From Ignicoccus pacificus DSM 13166 (GTDB taxonomy: Archaea; Thermoproteota; Thermoprotei_A; Sulfolobales; Ignicoccaceae): 32,000 bases of DNA. The notes beneath the pieces were generated by a model. That model was not told the DNA's origin. It ran no database searches and saw only the letters and a list, made by a program, of their open reading frames with translations. The stretch spans positions 930,001 through 962,000 of the forward strand of contig CP006868.1 in NCBI GenBank assembly GCA_025340205.1, read 5' to 3'. Positions 26,449-32,000 of this stretch are shown here, in pieces. The position numbers and the translations under genes are program-made. Position 1 is the first letter of the stretch. Each line of letters opens with the position of its first letter.

Positions 26449-27366
26449 TTGAAGATGAAGCTTCTGGTCCTCGGCGGGGCGGGCGTCACAGGGAAGCGAG
26501 TGGTCGAGATAGCCCTGAATAAAGGAATGGAAGTTTATGCCACTTATCGACATACCCCTCCTCCGAAGAGCTTGAGAGACGCCAACTGGCTCAAAGCCGA
26601 TGTCGATGAGATAGATACTATTAGAAAACTTCTGAACGAATTAAAACCTGAAGCTGTAATAGATATGCATGCTTACAATAAGGTGGATGATTGTGAGGAC
26701 GTTGGTAGGGAGGACTGTTGGAGAACGAATGCCATGTCTCCCGGGTTGTGGGCGAGGGAATGTTCAAAGAAAGGCATTAAGTACGTGTGGGTGAGCACAG
26801 ACTTCGTCTTCGACGGTGAAAATCCCCCTTATGCAGAGGGGGACGTTCCCAGACCTCTCTCTCAATACGCTGTTAGCAAGCTGGTAGGGGAGCAGAGAGC
26901 CTTGCTAGAAGGAGCGATAGTGCTGAGAACAGCAGTTGTGTACGACTCCGACCCTAGGAGCAAGTTCCTAGGATGGGTTATTAGGAGACTGGCCGAGGGG
27001 AAGGAGGTTCCGGCGTTCGTGGATCAATGGAACAACCCTACTTGGGCGAAGGCGTTGGCTCAAGTTTCGATAGAAGCTCTAAGGTTGGAGGGGCCGAAGC
27101 TCCTTCACGCCGTCGGAAAGGAATGCATGAGTAGGTATGAATTCGCTAAGGCGGTCGCGAGGGCTATGGGTTACAGCGAGAACTTAGTAAAACCCTCGTG
27201 CTCATGTGAGATAAAGCAAAAGGCTAGGAGACCCAAGAGGAATTGTCTACTCACCGAAAAACTAAAGGAGAAACTAGGGGTGGAGATACCGTCGCCAAGG
27301 GAAGTGATCAAAGAAATATCGAAGGAGCTTAAGGAAACTTACTTGAGCTCCAATGAGCTCTCTTGA
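26449..27366 (+). CDS. rmlD: dTDP-4-dehydrorhamnose reductase (RmlD-like short-chain dehydrogenase)
   Basis: KLLVLGGAGVTGKRVVEIAL, KADVDEIDTIRKLLNELKPEAVIDMHAYNKVDDCE, YVWVSTDFVFDGENPPYAEGDVPRPLSQYAVSKLVGEQ and LRTAVVYD. Adjacent to rmlC. Confidence 0.85.
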   Translation: MKMKLLVLGGAGVTGKRVVEIALNKGMEVYATYRHTPPPKSLRDANWLKADVDEIDTIRKLLNELKPEAVIDMHAYNKVDDCEDVGREDCWRTNAMSPGLWARECSKKGIKYVWVSTDFVFDGENPPYAEGDVPRPLSQYAVSKLVGEQRALLEGAIVLRTAVVYDSDPRSKFLGWVIRRLAEGKEVPAFVDQWNNPTWAKALAQVSIEALRLEGPKLLHAVGKECMSRYEFAKAVARAMGYSENLVKPSCSCEIKQKARRPKRNCLLTEKLKEKLGVEIPSPREVIKEISKELKETYLSSNELS

Positions 27367-28412
27367 GCGGCCATCATCTTTATTATTGTCCTTAAACTCG
27401 GATCTACGTACACTTGGGACTTCATTCCGATAATACTATCTATCATCCTCGAGACTCCTAAATTCAACGAGGCCTCATCCAATATCAACGACCTGGATAT
27501 GGATCCTCCTTGAACCCTAGAACCTCTCTCCAAGTCCACGTAATGCTCTATTACGGAATCCGGACCTACTACGACGCCCTCTCCTATGTAGGCAGGGCCG
27601 TAAACCTTACCCTCTATTATCGCTCCCTTCTCTACGTAAACATTTCCTATTACCTCCCCCTTGACCTCTCCGAGTATCTTTGGCTCCTTCAAGTACATAT
27701 CCATTAGTATTATCATTGCTTCAATGAGATCCTTCGGCTTTCCGGCATCCTTCCACCACCTCTCTATTGTAACAAAGCCTATCTTCTTGTTATTCTTTAT
27801 GTAGCAGTTAATGATATCGGTTATTTCATACTCTCCTCTAGCGCTCGGTTTCAATGTAGAGAAACACTTCATGTACTCCTCTGGATCTCTAAAGTAATAG
27901 AGACCGATGAGGGCGTACTGAGAAGGAGGCTCCTTCGGCTTCTCTACGAATCCCACTATCTTTCCATCTTTGATTATCGCTACACCAAACCTCCTAGGAT
28001 CGGGTACTTTGGCTAGGAAGATAACGGAATCATAGTCCTCTTTTTCAATTAGCTTCTTGAACTTAGGCACCCATTCCTCATCTATTATATTGTCTCCCAA
28101 GTATACGATGAAGTCCTCCTTGAGGTCTCTTTCCTTGATTACCAAGGATATTGCATGAGCTATGCCCAATCTCTCCTCTTGAGTTACGTAATCTATCTTA
28201 ACTCCTAGGAACTCGTTTCCTAGTCTCTCCTTGAAGGCGAAGCCCAGCCATCCGACTACTAGGCTCACCTCGTTTATTCCAAGCCTCTTGAGCTGCTCTA
28301 TTCCATATGCGAGAAGGGGCTTGCCTAGGAGGGGGATTAGGGGCTTTGGCAAGGAGAAGGTTATAGGCCTTAACCTCTTACCCTCTCCAGCAGCTAAGAT
28401 GATGCCGTGCAT
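27339..28412 (-). CDS. Nucleotidyltransferase, glucose-1-phosphate thymidylyltransferase-like (long form with C-terminal beta-helix)
   Basis: GIILAAGEGKRLRPITFSLPKPLIPLLGKPLLAYGIEQL, VYLGDNIIDE, GLYYF, and C-terminal hexapeptide-like repeats VIGNVYVEKGAIIEGKVYGPAYIGEGVVVGPDS. Confidence 0.88.
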   Translation of the reverse strand: MHGIILAAGEGKRLRPITFSLPKPLIPLLGKPLLAYGIEQLKRLGINEVSLVVGWLGFAFKERLGNEFLGVKIDYVTQEERLGIAHAISLVIKERDLKEDFIVYLGDNIIDEEWVPKFKKLIEKEDYDSVIFLAKVPDPRRFGVAIIKDGKIVGFVEKPKEPPSQYALIGLYYFRDPEEYMKCFSTLKPSARGEYEITDIINCYIKNNKKIGFVTIERWWKDAGKPKDLIEAMIILMDMYLKEPKILGEVKGEVIGNVYVEKGAIIEGKVYGPAYIGEGVVVGPDSVIEHYVDLERGSRVQGGSISRSLILDEASLNLGVSRMIDSIIGMKSQVYVDPSLRTIIKMMAAQESSLELK

Positions 28413-28435
28413 CCAAGCTTCCCTGGGTGAGTAGG

Positions 28436-29638
28436 TTATGGAGATGATAAAGGTTGGATTTCATTCATAAGTCTCTCCAAGTCTTTAGTGAAGTTCTCTG
28501 CCAGTTTCCTCCTCTTGAACCTCTCGGGAAATTTGAAGCAATATTCGGGAACGTCTGCCTCTAATGCGTTGTTTATTGCCTCCTTCCAGCACCTCGGTGA
28601 CATAGGGTCCTTAACGAAGAAGATGCAATCTTCAGGATAGATTTCGGTAAAGGGAGGTATCCTCGGGAGGACAACCTTTGTCCTCAAGCTCAGAGCTTCT
28701 AGCGGCGGAATCCCAAAGCCCTCTGCTAAGGTGGGAAATACAAACGCCCTAGAGACGCTTATCACAGAAACTGAGACCGCGTCCGGTGGACACCTTATCA
28801 CTTTTAGATCGACGTTGCTCGGCACGGAGGCTTTTACCAACTCGAGCTCATCCTCCCTAAAACATCCCATTAGTACGAACTCAAAGTTATTATCAATAAG
28901 AGATAGACCATCGAGCATTCTAATAAGCGGGTAAAGCCTCTTTGGTTCCAACGATCCTAAGTAGCTGAGCGTGCTCCTTCCGCTTATACCATAGGTCCTC
29001 AGAATTCTCTTCATGGTCTGTACGTCAAGCCTAGGTAAGTCCCTTAGTGGAGGAGGAAAGAGCAAGTAGGGTTTGTTTACGTTTAGTGCCTTTCTCAACT
29101 GCTCGTAAGTATGTTTAGTTGAAACTATGAGGGCATCGGAAGCCTCTATAGAACTCTTCAACACCTTTAGTATTCCTTCAACTCTTGAGGAATCAAACAA
29201 CTTCATGCGGCTCAGCTCTAACGGTACCAAATCATATATTATGCTTAGTTTCAGTTTCGCCTTTTGTTTTGAGAACATCTTTCTCAAAGAATAGGCATGG
29301 CGTGCTAGGATGAATACGCCTTCGTTAAGTTTGTTCTTTTTGATAAACAATGCTCCCTTAATCATCAACTGAAGTGAAGTTAGACCCAAGGATATCTTTT
29401 GGACGGAGTTGGTTACTTTAGGAGCACTCACAATCAACGCGTCTTCACTGATCTTCTTGAGTTCCTTTAGTCTTCGTCTGTTCGTCTCGCTCGCGTAACC
29501 GAAGGGGGAATCCTCAACGATGAAGAAAATTTCGTGGCCTACCTCTTTCAGTCCCTTAGCCATTTCCAAAACGTGAAGGAACTGACCGGCGGAGGACCTC
29601 GTGCTAATGAATATCGTAAACTTTGTTCGAAGACTCAA
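28436..29638 (-). CDS. GT4-type (family 1 Pfam) glycosyltransferase
   Basis: STLSYLGSLEPKRLYPLIRMLDGL, FEFVLMGCFREDELELVKA and VSRAFVFPTLAEGFGIPPLEALSLRTKVVLPRIPPFTEIYPEDCIFF. Confidence 0.88.
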   Translation of the reverse strand: MSLRTKFTIFISTRSSAGQFLHVLEMAKGLKEVGHEIFFIVEDSPFGYASETNRRRLKELKKISEDALIVSAPKVTNSVQKISLGLTSLQLMIKGALFIKKNKLNEGVFILARHAYSLRKMFSKQKAKLKLSIIYDLVPLELSRMKLFDSSRVEGILKVLKSSIEASDALIVSTKHTYEQLRKALNVNKPYLLFPPPLRDLPRLDVQTMKRILRTYGISGRSTLSYLGSLEPKRLYPLIRMLDGLSLIDNNFEFVLMGCFREDELELVKASVPSNVDLKVIRCPPDAVSVSVISVSRAFVFPTLAEGFGIPPLEALSLRTKVVLPRIPPFTEIYPEDCIFFVKDPMSPRCWKEAINNALEADVPEYCFKFPERFKRRKLAENFTKDLERLMNEIQPLSSP

Positions 29639-29645
29639 GGGCTCT

Positions 29646-30035
29646 TCAGTCCCTACTCACGCCTAGGAGAAGCGGATAGATAGCTGTTCCCTTGACCTTT
29701 CTCACCTTTTCAACAACGTCCTTAACCTTTTCTATTTCACCCTTTAGCATTGCAGTAATTATGTACGACTTACCCTCTTTTGATATACAGAAAGAGGAGG
29801 TTAGCGACGAGACCAATTCTATGAGTTGTTGTAACGAAGAGCCGCTATGCACAATTACCAAAACCATCAAGCCTTTCGAGGAACCTCCTTCGATGAGCGA
29901 TAAGTAGCCTATGAACGACCTTATAGCTATCTCTATGAGCTTGGACCTGCTCACGCCTAACGCGCTGGCTCCTCTTTCCAGCTCTTCCAACAAGTCTTTC
30001 GGTATCGATATGCCGAAGCGCACCAACTCAGTCAT
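29646..30035 (-). CDS. NikR-like transcriptional regulator (RHH plus ACT-like ligand domain)
   Basis: ELVRFGISIPKDLLEELERGASALGVSRSKLIEIAIRSFI is the RHH. The following domain GLMVLVIVHSGSSLQQLIELVSS...YIITAMLKGEIEKVKDVVEKVRKVKGTAIYPLLLG is NikR C-terminal-like. Confidence 0.75.
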   Translation of the reverse strand: MTELVRFGISIPKDLLEELERGASALGVSRSKLIEIAIRSFIGYLSLIEGGSSKGLMVLVIVHSGSSLQQLIELVSSLTSSFCISKEGKSYIITAMLKGEIEKVKDVVEKVRKVKGTAIYPLLLGVSRD

Positions 30036-30193
30036 CTTGCTTCGAATAAGGACTTGTACTATAACCTAATAAGGTAGTGAGAGTTAAGCGCTCGAAGGAC
30101 GCTAAAGGTAAAGGGGATGACCACGACTTGCCCCCCTGGAGCTTCCAGCTATGAAGAAATTACCGCGATGGGACCCCCAAGAGGTGAAATACC

Positions 30194-31138
30194 TTGAAGC
30201 TCAAGGATCTCCCAGTAAGCGACGTCGGGGAGTTCGCGGAAGCGGTGGCGAACCTCTCCTGGGATGAGGTCTACGAACTGTTGTTAGAGGGAGCCGAGCT
30301 CCTGAAGAGGCTCCCCGAAGGGGGAATATTCCCCATAGCCTACACCGCTCCCGATTCCCCCTATGCCTTTCATGGGGATCTGCACGGAGATATAGTCACC
30401 GTGTTCGAGTTATGGGAGAAAATAGGAACACAAAGGATACTGAATGAATACAAACTGGTCTTCCTCGGAGACTACGTGGACAGAGGACCTAAGCAGCTTG
30501 AAGCTTTGCTCCTCCCTCTGGCTCTGAAGGCTAGGAGACCCTCAGAGGTAATAGTGCTAAGAGGGAACCACGAGCCCGTTAGGGGACTAGAACCTCTCCC
30601 TCATGATTTTCCCCATTACTTAGCTAGGAGGTTTAGAGGGAAGGGTGAGAAACTATATTCTGTAGCGAAACAAGTATTTGAGAACATGCCGCTGGTACTT
30701 TACGTTGAAGGCTCCGTCGTCGCCTTTCATGGTGGACCACCCACCGTTCTGGTCAGGAGGGGGTGTGAGGGCACTAGCTGTTTGTTCGACGATAAGATAA
30801 GGCATTTGGTAGTAGAAGAGATATTGTGGAACGAGCCCGGGGAGATATGCTCTTGGGACGACCCTCCAGAAACTTGTTGGGCACCAAGTCCTAGAGGGAG
30901 AGGATATCTCTGGGGACCTGGGGTCACTAACGCTCTCTTGAGGTTCACGAAGACAAAGTTCCTTGTAAGAGCAAATACCCCAATAGATGGGGTTAAGTTC
31001 TTTCACATGGGTAGGGGAGTTAGCGTGTTCAGTAGGAGAGGCATGCCCTTTGCTAATGAAAAGGGTGGGATTTGGGCACCGAACTTCTTGGACAGACAGT
31101 GGTGGGCCAAACCCGACAAGTGGGTCTATCTTACCTAA
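30194..31138 (+). CDS. Serine/threonine protein phosphatase, PPP family
   Basis: FHGDLHGDIVTVFELW, LVFLGDYVDRGPKQLEALLLPL, VIVLRGNHEP, VVAFHGGPP, ILWNEPGE and VRANTPIDGVKFFHMGRGVSVFS. Confidence 0.92.
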   Translation: MKLKDLPVSDVGEFAEAVANLSWDEVYELLLEGAELLKRLPEGGIFPIAYTAPDSPYAFHGDLHGDIVTVFELWEKIGTQRILNEYKLVFLGDYVDRGPKQLEALLLPLALKARRPSEVIVLRGNHEPVRGLEPLPHDFPHYLARRFRGKGEKLYSVAKQVFENMPLVLYVEGSVVAFHGGPPTVLVRRGCEGTSCLFDDKIRHLVVEEILWNEPGEICSWDDPPETCWAPSPRGRGYLWGPGVTNALLRFTKTKFLVRANTPIDGVKFFHMGRGVSVFSRRGMPFANEKGGIWAPNFLDRQWWAKPDKWVYLT

Positions 31139-31179
31139 TTACCTATAAGGAACCTCACATCAACTCTTAGCGATTGAGG

Positions 31180-31959
31180 ATGATAGAGAGAGTGGAGGTA
31201 CTAGGAAGAGAGCATTTGGTGAGGGCTGTCAGGGCATCTTCTGGTTTGGTAGCGGTAGCCAGCAGCCTAGGAAGAGGTTACGTCCTTAGGGAAGGAAGGA
31301 TAGTCGAGGAGATAAGCGTTGACATACCACTCTTATCCACTGATATCTCTAATAAGGTAAGCTTCGGAGGGTTAGGAAAAGTGATAATCATTAACGATGG
31401 AAAGAGGACACTAAGGGTTGGTGGAACGGCCTTATACGTGCGCAAGGGTAAGTATGCCTCGGTATACTATGGAGGCTCATCTAAGGTATACGACTTGGAA
31501 AAGAATGAAGTGATTATAGAGATAAAAGATGTCATTAGGTCAATAGATTACAACGACCGATACTTAGTGTTGGTCGGCGCAAACGCTACGAGGATATATT
31601 CGGAGGGGGAGCTCTTATTCGAGATAACGCTAGAGAAAGGGAGAGGCGTGGTGCTAAGCGAGAACGAGATGAAGCTCTTGGTCCGCGATCCTTATTTCAT
31701 AGACGTTTCTCATGTATACGATTATACCTTAGGTAATAACATAGAACTGAAGAGAAAGGTTAGTTTAGAAGGTACTGCCTACGACCTTCATAGCGATAAT
31801 GAGACCATAGCTATCGCCACTAGCGATTACGTCTATCTATTAGATAATGACTTGAACGAGATAAAGAGGATAAGGGAGGGCGCCATATCTGCAAGTGTTG
31901 ATAATGACTTAGTGTGTTATGCTTCCAAAGGCGCTCTGAGGTGCGGGATCTTCAAATAA
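31180..31959 (+). CDS. Hypothetical beta-propeller-like protein
   Basis: Blade-like repeats: ASSGLVAVASSLGRGYVLREGRIVEEIS, RTLRVGGTALYVRKGKYASVYYGGSSKVYDLEKN, GTAYDLHSDNETIAIATSDYVYLLDNDLNEIK and NDLVCYASKGALRCGIF. Start ATG 31180 (track uses TTG 31174). Confidence 0.65.
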   Translation: MIERVEVLGREHLVRAVRASSGLVAVASSLGRGYVLREGRIVEEISVDIPLLSTDISNKVSFGGLGKVIIINDGKRTLRVGGTALYVRKGKYASVYYGGSSKVYDLEKNEVIIEIKDVIRSIDYNDRYLVLVGANATRIYSEGELLFEITLEKGRGVVLSENEMKLLVRDPYFIDVSHVYDYTLGNNIELKRKVSLEGTAYDLHSDNETIAIATSDYVYLLDNDLNEIKRIREGAISASVDNDLVCYASKGALRCGIFK

Positions 31960-32000
31960 ACCCCTCCTCTCTCCTCTCTGGGATGCTCAGATGATCAAGG

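Noticed and set aside
27350-27368. GAGCTC-caat-GAGCTC at the rmlD/rmlA-like junction as a regulatory hairpin
   Set aside because: The 6-bp arms are self-palindromic and lie in overlapping coding ends; likely chance, no U-tract supporting a terminator.
30110-30178. Considered calling a C/D box sRNA
   Set aside because: C and C' boxes each have a mismatch and no CTGA D box is present; kept only as a structured-region finding.
1-32000. CRISPR array, transposon, tRNA or rRNA
   Set aside because: No regularly spaced direct repeats, transposase motifs, rRNA sequence or convincing tRNA with a T-loop GTTCGANNC in proper context were seen by eye. A tRNAscan-SE/Infernal run would be needed to exclude intron-containing tRNAs.

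Overview
The window reads as a compact, gene-dense archaeal chromosome segment. It has AMP-forming acetyl-CoA synthetase, thermosome, GGGP synthase, Elf1-like zinc ribbon and archaeal L3-L4-L23 genes. Gene content, especially an eight-CXXCH HAO-like octaheme cytochrome, points to an Ignicoccus-like crenarchaeon (inference, no database search made). I support about 35 protein-coding genes. I found no rRNA, convincing tRNA, CRISPR array or transposase. The most interesting theme is sulfate activation and sulfation: ATP sulfurylase, a PP-loop PAPS-reductase-like protein with a di-[4Fe-4S] domain, a PAPS-type sulfotransferase, APS kinase and a TauE/SafE permease. These occur alongside two paralogous small membrane proteins and, further on, sugar-nucleotide/glycosyltransferase genes (rmlC, rmlD, rmlA-like, GT2, GT4). 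Other points of interest are inverted repeats in divergent promoters (next to the thermosome promoter, upstream of rmlC, upstream of the GT2 gene), a NikR-like regulator lacking most expected Ni-binding histidines, several antisense overlaps between convergent genes, and a short S10-type ribosomal cluster that ends after L23. Nothing here is a fully convincing new system; the sulfation grouping and the operator-like palindromes are the best leads.
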